A stretch of DNA of 62,039 nucleotides, the filler included, from Nemertoderma westbladi (Eukaryota > Animalia > Xenacoelomorpha), in NCBI GenBank assembly GCA_032718475.1. It is 3 parts of 3 records of this genome, joined end to end, with 100 filler letters (N's around TTAATTAATTAA, not from the genome) between each part and the next. Parts side by side here need not be neighbours in the genome. Positions count along the whole stretch, not along the records: positions 1 to 26,595 come from JAUCBJ010004652.1; 2 more parts are not named here. One strand, 5' to 3'. Of this stretch, positions 13,051-23,879 are shown one piece after another; positions within the stretch are counted from its first letter, which is position 1, and each line of letters begins with the position of its first letter. The translations under genes were made by a program, and so were the position numbers. Under the pieces are notes generated by a model that saw only the letters and a program-made list of their open reading frames with translations, was not told where the DNA came from and searched no databases.

Positions 13051-13950
13051 TAATGTCTTCTGTCCTTAATGTATTCAGGTCACCAGCAATAACTTTAACA
13101 TTGTGTTTTGGAATGTCCTTTATAAGTCCAGTCAGATCTTCATAAAACTAGCTCTGAGGCATTGGTTGGACTGTAGCAACATATTACTGTTGTCTTGGGA
13201 TTCCCATCAAATGTTGCGATCATAACCCTGGAATTTATAGATTCGATGTTGTTTAGGGTCTTAAGTGCAAATGGGCTAGCAGAATTCCTACTCCACCAAT
13301 TGATGCATTGGCTGAGTTTCTTACTGCTGAGCTTGTTACTAACATCCATCCATTTCCAATGTCATCCTACTTCATGGCAGTAGTGTCTTCATGACAAATC
13401 CAATGTTCTTGGATGCAGATGATGTCGATGTTATATTCCATTGCCAGAGTGACCACTGACCATGTCACCCTGTTTGCTATGTGCTTTCAGTGTGCGTGCG
13501 TTCATTGTAGCAATCTTAAGTGTCTTTTTACATTTCAACAGGTTGGTTCTTCTTTCTTCTCTCTCTTCTTCTCTGTTCCAGTAGCCAATTGATCGACCCC
13601 AGCCTGGTGTACCACTGAGGGACGCGGTCCTTGTTGACAGGGGCGACGACCGAGCCGGTAGTTATCCTGGAGGGTTCTCATACTCATATCTTTCAGTTGT
13701 GATAGTAAACCACTTGTGGTCGCAACTCCTACAAGCTTCTTCGCAGTAGGTCGCCGTTGGTTGATTACCTTCCGCCAACCTTGTCAGTTTGTCTAGCCGT
13801 TGGTTGATTACCTTCCACCTATTCATGTCCAACATGTAGGCATCCTTTTGTTACACCCTGAACCAAGTGTGCCTCCTGTCTCCTCCCTTAGGTTACCTAA
13901 CACTGGTAGAGGAGCATCCAGTATAGACAGAGTGGGGTGTGTATCATCTC

Positions 13951-14022
13951 GATATTTGTCGATAAGCCGGCACAGCATTCTTAATAATGCAGCTGCAATG
14001 CAGCATGCCGATCCTAGTAGTA
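13951..14022 (+). mobile_element. Heavily 5'-truncated LINE family A 3' end with (TAG)n tail and 12-bp TSD
   Basis: Matches 17758-17824; gtgtatcatctc repeated at 13939-13950 and 14023-14034. Confidence 0.85.
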
Positions 14023-14159
14023 GTGTATCATCTCTATTGCAGATGCATACTCAATCAAGCCTTTGCCCTCAATGGTGCCCCCAATAGTTGATCGGGGAAC
14101 ATAAATGCCCTTAAGTTTTAATTGATGCCAGACACTCCGATACCCCCACATGATGAAGA

Positions 14160-14315
14160 ACTAGTTCTAGGTCAAGCAATCGACGACAGAGTGTTTGTCT
14201 ACTTGAAATTATTATGCCATGATTATTTGACAAAATATTTAGTAATTCTGAGTGAGTGTGGCCTTCTTTGTAGTAATGTGTTATATTGTTAATTAAATTA
14301 ATGTCTTCCATAGTA
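14160..14315 (-). pseudogene. N-terminal HTH fragment of a second IS3EU-type transposase
   Basis: ITHYYKEGHTHSELLNILSNNHGIIISSRQTLCRRLLDLEL resembles IxxYFxxGxxxxEILxxLxxxHGIxISxRTLxRxLxxLGL. Confidence 0.5.
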
Positions 14316-14885
14316 TATATCCTACCATAATAAATATATAGATACACTGTATGGCCCTTCGCACAGTACGTGAGTTACATGAAATAAATGTACAGTATTG
14401 ACACTTCATGTAGGTTGTGGGCTGGGATATACTTGCTGACATTGTAAATTGACACACATCTAGCCTTGTATAGCAGACTAGAAAGTAAATGCAGGCTTAT
14501 ATCTTATTTAAATTAATATTGAAATTTAAAATATCATGGGGGTAAGAATACACTGAGGGGGGTTAAATTTCACTAAAAAATCACCCAGAGTAAGCCTAGT
14601 TTCACCCCTGGTTAAAATACCATACCCTAGTGAATTCTAACCGGGGGGGTGAATTTTTAGGGGGGTGGTAATTCTCTGCTACACCGGTAGTTGTAAAATA
14701 ATCAGATACTGCATCAGGTATGGGTGGCTACTGACAACAACGGCGGCCTATGAGCTAAGTAGCAAAGGTGAACGGACACTGACACTACTACAGTAGGCCT
14801 GCTACACTCTACTGTTGTACTGTACTGATACTAGCGAATAAAGGGGTTGCTACTTGAAGATGGTTGCTAAGCAATCGAATCTCAT

Positions 14886-15155
14886 GTCAACTACACATAT
14901 GCCAACTACACATATGCCAACTACACATATGCCAACTACACACACATGCCAACTACACATATGCCAACTACACACACATGCCAACTACACACACGTGCCA
15001 ACTACATACACGTGCCAACTACACACACGTGCCAACTACACATATGCCAACTACACACATGTGCCAACTACACACACATGCCAACTACACATATGCCAAC
15101 TACACACATGTGCCAACTACACACATGTGCCAACTACACATACATGCCAACTACC
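14886..15155. repeat. Minisatellite, 15-17-bp unit (atgccaactacacat)
   Basis: Directly visible tandem array. Confidence 0.95.
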
Positions 15156-15584
15156 AAACCATCTTCTAAAACTTAACACTACATCAATATCCTTATGTTT
15201 TTTAGAATTACTGTCAACAGAAACTCTCGATTTCCATTATTTTCCTATATTAATCCGATACTAAGAACATGACAGTGGAGTTTTATATGGATTACACTGG
15301 TGCCAGCAGAAGCTGGGGACAAGTCGACAACATTGTTGGCCTCTGCCTGCGTCGAATAAAAGGACTCTGGCTCTATAACCAACCGAACTGCTGGTGTAGG
15401 GTGACTACAATGAGATGTGCTACCAGGGAGATGGTACATACAAATATTGCCACAACTGGTGCAAAATCCTTCAGTTGCTGCTTCAGCCCTATCCACAATA
15501 CATCCACAGTCAGTAATCCTGGGAATTAATTTAATGGGATTGCACAAGTAGTTCTGGTTTCCTTTCACCACCTTTCCTTTCAGA

Positions 15585-15810
15585 GCTTGCACCAGGAGCA
15601 GATGTGTTGCATTTGGTACAAGGAAGATGAGTCTGATATCTCCAGGCACTGCTTTATTACAGGGACAGATACATGGATCCCGAGATTATCACCTATCAAA
15701 AATATATCTAATCCTGAAATACAGTTTGCTTCCATATCTGGAATGAAAAGTTCAAAAAACCAATATTCAAATTTAGATTGATCGAACCATCCACTCTCTG
15801 TATATTCATA
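15585..15810 (-). pseudogene. pogo/Tigger (DDE_1) transposase remnant
   Basis: ESGWFDQSKFEYWFFELF...LIGDNLGIHVSVPVIKQC / IRLIFLVPNATHLL across a frameshift. Confidence 0.75.
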
Positions 15811-15884
15811 TTTTTTTCTTTATTATTATTATAGTACATCATAACTGTAGCACACTATAAATATTAAATATAGATATAATTGCA

Positions 15885-16438
15885 CAGGCTTCATTCATAG
15901 AAGCTTTTAACAAATGATAAATATATACACCAATACTAATAGATTGTAGGTACATTTTCGTTGATTTGTGGGAAAAGTGCCTTATTGTACTGATCGGCTA
16001 GATACAATACCATAGGGTTTTGAATGATTGACTCGCTACATTTACTTTCCGATCTTTCGCCGGGCAGTTGGACTACTAGACGGCCATGGATTGTCGCACA
16101 GCCCATTATGTAAATTCGTCTAAAGTTAGCGAGGAAACACTCAAGCTCGTTATTGTTGCAGACAGCCAAGAGTATATTCTCGGCATGGATCAGTTTAGCG
16201 ATGTTCCTGAGTTTGGTTAAAGTACTAGGAAGATACTCCTCCCAGTTGGTGATTCCATCTGACTCTATTATCTGCATAGCCAAAGCATGTACAATGCTAG
16301 CTGTCTGGATCCGAACCCTAGACAATCCGTGGTTATGTCGAATTTTCACTGGCCACATCCCCAAACGGTAGCAGATCACCGAAATGTCATTCCTTATACC
16401 TTCAGGTTCTTTATAGTGGAACAATGTAGAATCGTGGT
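15885..16438 (-). other. Endogenous viral element 1: C-terminus, stop codon and probable 3' UTR of an orthomyxovirus-like polymerase PA gene
   Basis: NNNELECFLANFRRIYI parallels influenza PA SPQLEGFSAESRKLLL; CSESIIQNPMVLYLADQYNKAL parallels [22 protein letters not shown]. Open frame to the stop at 15936. Confidence 0.8.
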
Positions 16439-16459
16439 TCTTTTCGCGTCTATGGTTCT

Positions 16460-17824
16460 TTTCGGGGAATCTCATTGATCTCGATTGCTGCAAAGCTATA
16501 CAATAGGATTCTATTAAATCGCATCAGGGATCCCATTGAGAGACTGCTCCGTGGAAATCAGAATGGGTTCCGTAAAGGTCGTGGGACCATGGAGCCCATT
16601 TTGGCACTTAGAAGGATAGGCTAATTGATGAATTATCAAAAAAGAAAGACAGGCATCTGGCTGTTATCTTTGTTGACTTCTTCAAGGCCTTTGATTCAGT
16701 CTCTCGCTCACGTATGTTCAGCATACTTTCATTATATGGGATTCCTGATGAAATTATTGCAGCAATCAGATCAGTATACGATGGTTCGACAACATTTGTG
16801 TCTACTGTTGACGGTGACACAGAACCATTTGAAGTGTTATGGGGCGTCCTCCAAGGAGACACACTTGCACCATTCTTGTTCATTATTGTGGTTGACTATG
16901 TTCTACGCATGTCCTTAGATCATCATAATGATGATGTGGTGATGATAACTCCACCTACTGGCTCCAGAAGTCGAGGAAATCCTGCCAAGTACCTAACTGA
17001 TCTAGACTTTGCTGATGACTTAGGAGTACTCTCAGAATCATTAGACGGAGCCCAACGGCTCCTCAGCTCATTAGAACATGCTGCTTCTAGTGTTGGTCTT
17101 TTTATTAACTCCAGAAAGACCAAAATTCTGACCGTTAACTTTGAAAGTCATCAGCAAGTCTCTGATCGGATGAGCATAAGCTCAAAGGATGGTATGCTTG
17201 AGCATGTGGACGACTTCTGTTACCTGGGATCATGGATCCGGAAGTCAGGTGAGGACCTTCGAATACGTAAGGGAAAGGCATGGGCAGCCTTGAATAGGCT
17301 TTCCAGGATTTGGAAGTCACCGAGAATTAATCGGAAACTTAAGGTCCGATTATTTAGAGCAGCAGTAGTTCCAGTACTCCTCTACGGGAGTCCATGCTGG
17401 GCTCTAACTGCTGAGGACACCAAATCTCTGGATGGCACATTCACAAGAATGCTACGCCGGGTTCATTGTGTCAAGCACAATGCACACATCTCCAACCAGA
17501 CACTATATAACATTGGAGGTGTCTCATTGGTTCCCCCAATCTTGACACTAGAACAAAATCGCCTCCGCTTTGCAGGACATTGCTTTCGCCGTGAGGACCA
17601 GCCAGTGCATAATCTTGTACTTTGGCAGCCTCATGGAGTGAATAAGCATGGTGGACAGCCCATGACTTTCTTGAGACGCATCTTAAAGGACACTGGCCTT
17701 AAAGATGCGGATGATCTAGCAAATGTCATGGGTGATAGGGAGTTGTGGCGGTGCAATTTTGTTGACAAGCCGGCACAGCATTCTTAAAAATGCAGCTGCA
17801 ATGCAGCATGCCGATCCTAGTAGT
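16460..17824 (+). mobile_element. 5'-truncated RTE-like LINE family A (RT domain to 3' tail)
   Basis: RGISLISIAAKLYNRIL..NQNGFRKGR, GVLQGDTLAP, LDFADD, FCYLGSWI; ends gatcctagtagt. Confidence 0.9.
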
Positions 17825-18597
17825 CGTCCGTCACATACTATAACTATAAAGTTCAAATCCTCCAAGACAATGCTGAAAGCACTTAATAAAGGTACATTGA
17901 GAGTGCCAATAGCTCACATTGCCATATCTGTTGGGGCGTCTCTTAGAGACGGGGCAGTGGATGACGTTACGAGAGGCACATCATAGTACATGGTATCATT
18001 CCCAATTGTGCAGCTATGTAAAGCAACATGTTTGCCAAACGTTTGTCACTTTCATTTGCAGACTGTTCTGTTGCAGTTAAAATGTGCACATCTTTCACCT
18101 GTATGGATATTTAAAAGTATATAAGGGTGTGGAATCGATGTAACTTTGAACCGGAATCCTTCTTAATATGAATGATCTGTGCATCCACAACCACAATAAG
18201 CGGTGGTTGGTGTAGGGTAGCCATATTGAAAGCAACAGACCAACAAGAATATCTTTAGTACAGTCGATATGGTAATATACCAGTACTAAGTGAATGATGC
18301 ATACTTGCATGTATTGATCATACATACTTGTTGCAAAGTACTTTACAGTGTTCTCATCCTCTTGGCTTTATATTTACTCACTCGCTACATTCATTCCTGT
18401 AATCAGGACAATTAGTTCGCATGGGTAGCAATTCAGAATGAACAATTTGAGCAGCTTTTCAATATCAGCAAGAAAAGCAGTCCAGGTAGAACAAATCAAG
18501 TAAGCATTGAACAGCAAAGTATAATAAATTAGGGCAACTTTTAATTGATGCAAACTGAAACTCTCAAAATGAAATCTAATATGACTTTCATGGCCAT

Positions 18598-19330
18598 GAC
18601 GGCCATGGATTGTCGCACAGCCCATTATGTAAATTCGTCTAAAGTTAGCGAGGAAACCCTCAAGCTCGTTATTGTTGCAGACAGCCAAGAGTATATTCTC
18701 GGCATGGATCAGTTTAGCGATGTTCCTGAGTTTGGTTAAAGTACTAGGAAGATACTCCTCCCAGTTGGTGATTCCATCTGACTCTATTATCTGCATAGCC
18801 AAAGCATGTACAATGCTAGCTGTCTGGATCCGAACCCTAGACAATCCGTGGTTATGTCGAATTTTCACTGGCCACATCCCCAAACGGTAGCAGATCACCG
18901 AAATGTCATTCCTTATACCTTCAGGTTCTTTATAGTGGAACAATGTAGAATCGTGGTAGACCTCTTTGGCCTTCTCAGCTACTGATCGATCTATCATTTG
19001 GAATACAATCAAAGGTAACTTAGATGAGTCACTTGTCAGATGAGCTGGTCCCTTGACAGCAGCACCATGGATCATCCTTGAACTCTTCCCATCGATGTTC
19101 TCGGTGGTTATTATTGGTAGAACAGCGACACCATCGGTTTGGTTATACATGTAGGACGCAACAGGGCGTAGCATCGCCTCGTACATACCAATGAACTCAT
19201 CCCCAATACTGGGGCTAAAAGTCGACAGTATTTGCTCACTGACACTAATTGCTTCGTCGTCCACAGCATTATAAGATCTCCTCCCGATTGGCGGTAGATT
19301 ACCTTCTGGGTTGCTCAAGCCAAGATACAA
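18598..19330 (-). other. Endogenous viral element 2: longer internal part of the same orthomyxovirus-like PA gene
   Basis: VLPIITTENIDGKSSRMIHGAAVKGPAHLTSDSSKLPLIVFQM parallels influenza PA [43 protein letters not shown], plus ELEGFLANFRR. 18598-18957 is near-identical to 16079-16438. Confidence 0.8.
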
Positions 19331-19569
19331 AGATATAATTGCAATCAGTCTAACAATAAGCACTATAACGTAGTATACATTAATTACAATTACAAAGTAT
19401 ATGTATATATATATATATAATAATATACAAGTTTAAATTAAGTAAAGAAAGTTAGGGAATATGACTGTAGGGTGTGAGATCAAGTTGTTTTAGTATAATA
19501 ATATTTTAAGATTTCAAAAAGTGACAACTTATATGATCAATCACTAAAAATTTATTTTTTTATTATTAT

Positions 19570-19602
19570 TAGCTTTCGATAGCTCTCTCTATCTTTTTCA
19601 AA
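19570..19602 (-). ncRNA. Candidate minimal hammerhead-like ribozyme in the Penelope 3' region
   Basis: Minus strand TTGAAAA-A-GATAG-agagag-CTATC-GAAA-GCT: core variant, a perfect 5-bp stem II, GAAA and a palindromic AGCT. Confidence 0.45.
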
Positions 19603-19698
19603 TAAACGATATTCTAGAATTAATGCACTACAAATAATAATACTACCCTAGCAACTAATGAGTTTGTTAAATCTGTGAATCTTTAATCTTTATAATTC

Positions 19699-22671
19699 TT
19701 AAGGATTGAAAACATCAAGTCCAAAGTTATTGATCACCGCCTCGTTGAGAACATTCAAACCCATTGGTTGTAAAGTTTCCAACCGGCACTGCCATTCTCC
19801 CTCTTTAATTCTGAGTTTTTGTCGGTTCTGTTTTTTGTTTGCTGAGATCGGTAGACAATCAAATGGTGTAATTCTGAAGTGTGCATTGTAAGAATGACCC
19901 GAGGTAGTAAAATGTCTGTCGATGGCAGTCGATGGTTTGTCATTAATTATCTTTGTCTTGTAGTTGGCTATCCTAGGCTTTAAGTCCTCTGTTGAACCGA
20001 TACCAAATAAGTTACATTTAAGGCAAGTCACCACATAAATAACATTTTTAGCATTGCAAGATAAATCATTCTTTATATAAACCCTGTGGCTTTTGTTAGT
20101 TGTTGAGCTGACATATTTTAAAGGTAATAATACTTTACAGGGGACACATGCCGCTCTGTCACATTTATGAACTCCTAGAAAATCACAAGGTGAAAGTTCC
20201 CTTGTACACCTCAGTCTGGATGGCGCAAGGATATTCTTTAAGGTTGGTGCGCGGCGAGTTACAACTTCCAATTTATGACTATTCCAAAAAGATTTTGTCA
20301 TTGAATGTTCATCTAGAATTGTGGAATGTTTTGAAATAATCACCTTGGGGTTAGGTAATAGAGGGTCATTATTGTGTACATAGAAAAGTTGTTTCTTTTT
20401 ATTCTTTCTAGGCTTGTCTTTTTTTACTTTAAGGGCTTGAAACTGCGTACTGACTGCTGCAGAAGCAAATTGTTGAGCAACAATTTTCTCATCCCAGCCT
20501 CTCGCGACAAATGCAGAACCATACTCAATGAGACTAGAAAAAAGATCTGAATCTAAACTACAATTCCTGCGCAAGCGTAAAGCTACACCATAAGGGATGT
20601 TTTGAATCTGTGAACGTGGATGTGCGCTTGAAGGACACAAATACTGATGTACGTCCATAGGCTTGTGATAATTTTTAGTTTGGATGTATCCACTGTCATC
20701 AATAAAAATAGTCAAATCCAGAAAATTTACTTCTTTACCAAATTGTTCTAACTTAAAGACAATCTTTCCGGGAAGTACTGTCTCATTTAAATGTGTGACT
20801 AAATTTGTAACAATATCTTCCGAAAAATTAATTCCAAAGGAAATAATGTCGTCTCGGTATCTTTTGTATTCTTGTGGACTGTTATTATAGGAAGACACTG
20901 CCGTGTCAATGAATTTGGCTCCCCATATATCGGTGTAGGTACAAGAATAAGAAGGTCCCATAGCTGAACCCCCAGACTGGGTGAAGTGTTTGCCATTGAA
21001 AGCACAATTATTGCTTTCAAGGCAAATTTTAAGAGCTTCTAATATGCATTCATTAGGTGGGTCACCTTCTGCAACAATTGTTCTGTATTGTTCCAGAGTT
21101 TCCTCAACTGCCGCTAAACCCATGCAGTTATCAACTGAAGGGAAGAAATTTGATACATCAAGGCACAAAAAGCTAGAGTTTGGCGGAAGGGGAGCTAGAC
21201 GTTCATTTATATCTCGTATCCAAATCAAAACGTCAAATGTATTTTTTAGAAAAGCATCATGTTTGCTACCAAACTCGTGTAAATAATATTCAACAAACTT
21301 GCCCAAACGCTCAGTAACTGATCCACAGGCGGATTGAATATACCTCAATGGATGATTTTCCTTGTGTGTTTTCACATTTCCAAATACTGTACCTGGTTGT
21401 GGGTCCTGGCCAATGAGCCAATCCTTGCATTCAATGATTGTTTTCAAATTTTTCCATTTTAAAACAAATTGAGTCACTTTAACTAAATAATCTACAGAAG
21501 GATCCAAATCGTGCTGTTTAAAGCAAGATTTATCTTCTAAGTGTCGTTCAACACTACTACAATATGTTGAATTTTTCAGAACAACAAATCGTTGTGAACC
21601 TTTATCTTGAATCCTAATAACACTTTCGCCCCCTATGGTGCCACATGTTTTCTTTAATTTAGTTAAAGCAATTCTCTCACTTTTACTTAAATTATCTTTT
21701 GTTTTAATTCGTTTAGATACATCAAATAAATCAGTTCTAACCTCATTCAAAAATTGTTCTAGAATCGGATTGTTAGAGTTCAATGAAAAACGAGATTTAC
21801 CGGGCCACGGTTTTTTTCGTGGATGAAAATCAGGTGCTGTTTCACTTTCAACGGCCTGATCGTCTTCTCTGTGAACTACTGTAACCCCTAAATTTGTCTT
21901 CTTTTCTTGCATGTAATTATCAAATTTTATTCTTATAGATGAAGCAAATTTTATAAAGTCTATGTTCGCCTGATACAAATCAGCATGTGGAGGAATTGGG
22001 CAAAACGAAGGTCCTTTCTTGAGCAATAAAATTGCTGGGTCATCGATTTCTATGTCTTCATAGACAACAGGATCAAATACAGTAGGGTCGCATTTGTTCA
22101 TTGACATTGAATCAACTAATCTATTTTCGATTTTTTTGCGTCTGTTTAAGTAATTAAGTCTACGTTGTGCGGATCTCTGAGGTCCAGGTTTATGTCTTTT
22201 ATGAGACAACAAATTATCGTATAAAACATTGTTAGGGCTTGAACCAGAGCGGGTTTCATTCATTAAATTGTTCCACTTTTTTATCAGACGCTGTCTCACT
22301 GTACGAGAAGTGTTTTTCATGTGATCATAAACGCGGGACAAGATTGAATTCGAATTATCATAGGTGATAGCAGATGATTTAGCTCTCATAAAAAGACTAA
22401 GAAAATGTCTTCGCCTCGTCTCGGCATGAAGAGAAACAACTTCCAAAATATTTAATTCGGCTTTAAAAATATTATTTTTAGCTTTAATGCGAACCTGTTC
22501 AAAATGAATAGAATTACCAGGTAAATTAAGGTTTAAGCAAATCCTCAAACCCTTCGGTATTACGTTGTGCTTCTTGCAATTTTCAAGAAATTCTCTTTGA
22601 AGTTGACCCAAAATTAGTTGCGAGCCTAAATTTATTAATTGTAGGAACAAAATTCTTGGTACAATCGCCAT
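19699..22671 (-). CDS. Penelope-like reverse transcriptase + GIY-YIG endonuclease, intact 990 aa (Neptune-like architecture)
   Basis: IRIQDKG, KTHK..HPLR, LDVSNFFPSV, GSAMGP, RYRDDI, VNFLDL, YLCPSSAHP; Cys linker CDRAACVPC; NVIYVVTCLKCNLFGIGST; LQPMGLN. Confidence 0.92.
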   Translation of the reverse strand: MAIVPRILFLQLINLGSQLILGQLQREFLENCKKHNVIPKGLRICLNLNLPGNSIHFEQVRIKAKNNIFKAELNILEVVSLHAETRRRHFLSLFMRAKSSAITYDNSNSILSRVYDHMKNTSRTVRQRLIKKWNNLMNETRSGSSPNNVLYDNLLSHKRHKPGPQRSAQRRLNYLNRRKKIENRLVDSMSMNKCDPTVFDPVVYEDIEIDDPAILLLKKGPSFCPIPPHADLYQANIDFIKFASSIRIKFDNYMQEKKTNLGVTVVHREDDQAVESETAPDFHPRKKPWPGKSRFSLNSNNPILEQFLNEVRTDLFDVSKRIKTKDNLSKSERIALTKLKKTCGTIGGESVIRIQDKGSQRFVVLKNSTYCSSVERHLEDKSCFKQHDLDPSVDYLVKVTQFVLKWKNLKTIIECKDWLIGQDPQPGTVFGNVKTHKENHPLRYIQSACGSVTERLGKFVEYYLHEFGSKHDAFLKNTFDVLIWIRDINERLAPLPPNSSFLCLDVSNFFPSVDNCMGLAAVEETLEQYRTIVAEGDPPNECILEALKICLESNNCAFNGKHFTQSGGSAMGPSYSCTYTDIWGAKFIDTAVSSYNNSPQEYKRYRDDIISFGINFSEDIVTNLVTHLNETVLPGKIVFKLEQFGKEVNFLDLTIFIDDSGYIQTKNYHKPMDVHQYLCPSSAHPRSQIQNIPYGVALRLRRNCSLDSDLFSSLIEYGSAFVARGWDEKIVAQQFASAAVSTQFQALKVKKDKPRKNKKKQLFYVHNNDPLLPNPKVIISKHSTILDEHSMTKSFWNSHKLEVVTRRAPTLKNILAPSRLRCTRELSPCDFLGVHKCDRAACVPCKVLLPLKYVSSTTNKSHRVYIKNDLSCNAKNVIYVVTCLKCNLFGIGSTEDLKPRIANYKTKIINDKPSTAIDRHFTTSGHSYNAHFRITPFDCLPISANKKQNRQKLRIKEGEWQCRLETLQPMGLNVLNEAVINNFGLDVFNP

Positions 22672-23879
22672 TCATCCACAGTCAAAAATTAATATAAGTT
22701 TAAATTAAGTAAAGAAAGTTAGGGAATATGACTGTAGGGTGTGAGATCAAGTTGTTTTAGTATAATAATATTTTAAGATTTCAAAAAGTGACAACTTTTT
22801 AAAATTACAACCTTTTAAAAAGGTACAACCTTTTAAAAAGGTAAACAACCTTTTTAGTTTAAAAAGTTAACTTTTTAAACAACCTTTTAACTTTTTTAAC
22901 CTTTTAAGGTTGTCTTAACAACCTTTTAACTTTAAAAAGGTAAACAACCTTTTAAAATTATATGTAATTTTAAAAATATATGTATAATAATATACATATA
23001 TTTTTAAAATTACATATAATATATTTTGATCAAATTATAGCACAACAAACAATGGCTAGTATCAGTAAACAAACCTACTGTATAACTATAGTATATATAT
23101 ATACTTGCAAACAATATGTAATACAATAGGAAATCACCAAATATACTCACATCGCAAATATATTAAATATTTTAATTAATTTTTCAGTTTATATAATACT
23201 AATACTAATTAAAATATAAATTGCATCAGGAAGGAAAATAAATAAAGATCAGAAAAATTGAAAAGCAGCAGTATACTCTCTACTACTCGCTATTAATATT
23301 ATATAACCTAATATTGGAATGGCATTATACTAGACATTATAATTATAGTATTGGTATCGGATAAATACAATTATGTTCGAAATTTATTAATAGAAATGTT
23401 TTTAATATTCGGAGCTCAATATAGGCAAATATATTTCGATTTATATTAAAATCATTATCAATAATAAGCACTATAGGTAGGTTGTAATTATGTATGAAAT
23501 TGTTATAATTACTTGGTATTTCTTGCAAACTGCGATATTCTAACTGTACCGTACATTATACAACATCTGTATGGGCTGATATGCACTGACTGAATATTAC
23601 ACAACTCGAATTCTTACAGACACCCTAAAAAGTACAATTAAACGAAATAAACCAATAATAACACAATATTTAAATGACCAAAAACCAAAGACATAATGTG
23701 GAGCAGACATATACAGTATACATACAGTACAAATACAATTAACTATTCAACTGACACAAGCACAACTACACAATAAACAATAGCACAAACCATCACAACC
23801 CGAAAAAATCCCCCCCCCCCCCCCCCCCCCACATATACACTCAATTACATACCGACATGGTTACGGCCTGGACTGAGCC

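Larger units (their letters stand above)
6851..13900 (-). mobile_element. Near full-length decayed RTE-like LINE (family B: APE endonuclease + RT), host of three nested insertions
   Basis: APE motifs at 13050-13530 (LKIATMNART, IICIQEH, CCYSPTN). RT motifs NYRGICLL, GVLQGDTLAP, FQYLGSWI, ESVFLYGGETW. C-terminus RLRFSGHC..LFWQPTHG..GRPAITYIDQL and (TAG)n tail at 6851-6864. 5' boundary approximate. Confidence 0.85.
19429..22797 (-). mobile_element. Penelope-like retroelement with ~102-bp terminal direct repeats (pseudo-LTR-like)
   Basis: aagtttaaattaagtaaag...gtgacaactt at 19429-19530 and 22696-22797 flank a single long ORF. Confidence 0.85.

Noticed and set aside
14854-15264. ORFs with PTTH/CQLH repeats
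   Set aside because: Translations of the minisatellite.
15872-15900. Possible orthomyxovirus conserved segment terminus
   Set aside because: No convincing match to termini I know; the 13-mer is better explained as a target-site duplication.
19331-19363. Signal-peptide-like N-terminus of the 329-aa ORF, and its hydrophobic C-terminus
   Set aside because: Both are read-through beyond the viral boundaries (across the direct repeat and past 18598), so this is not a real membrane protein.
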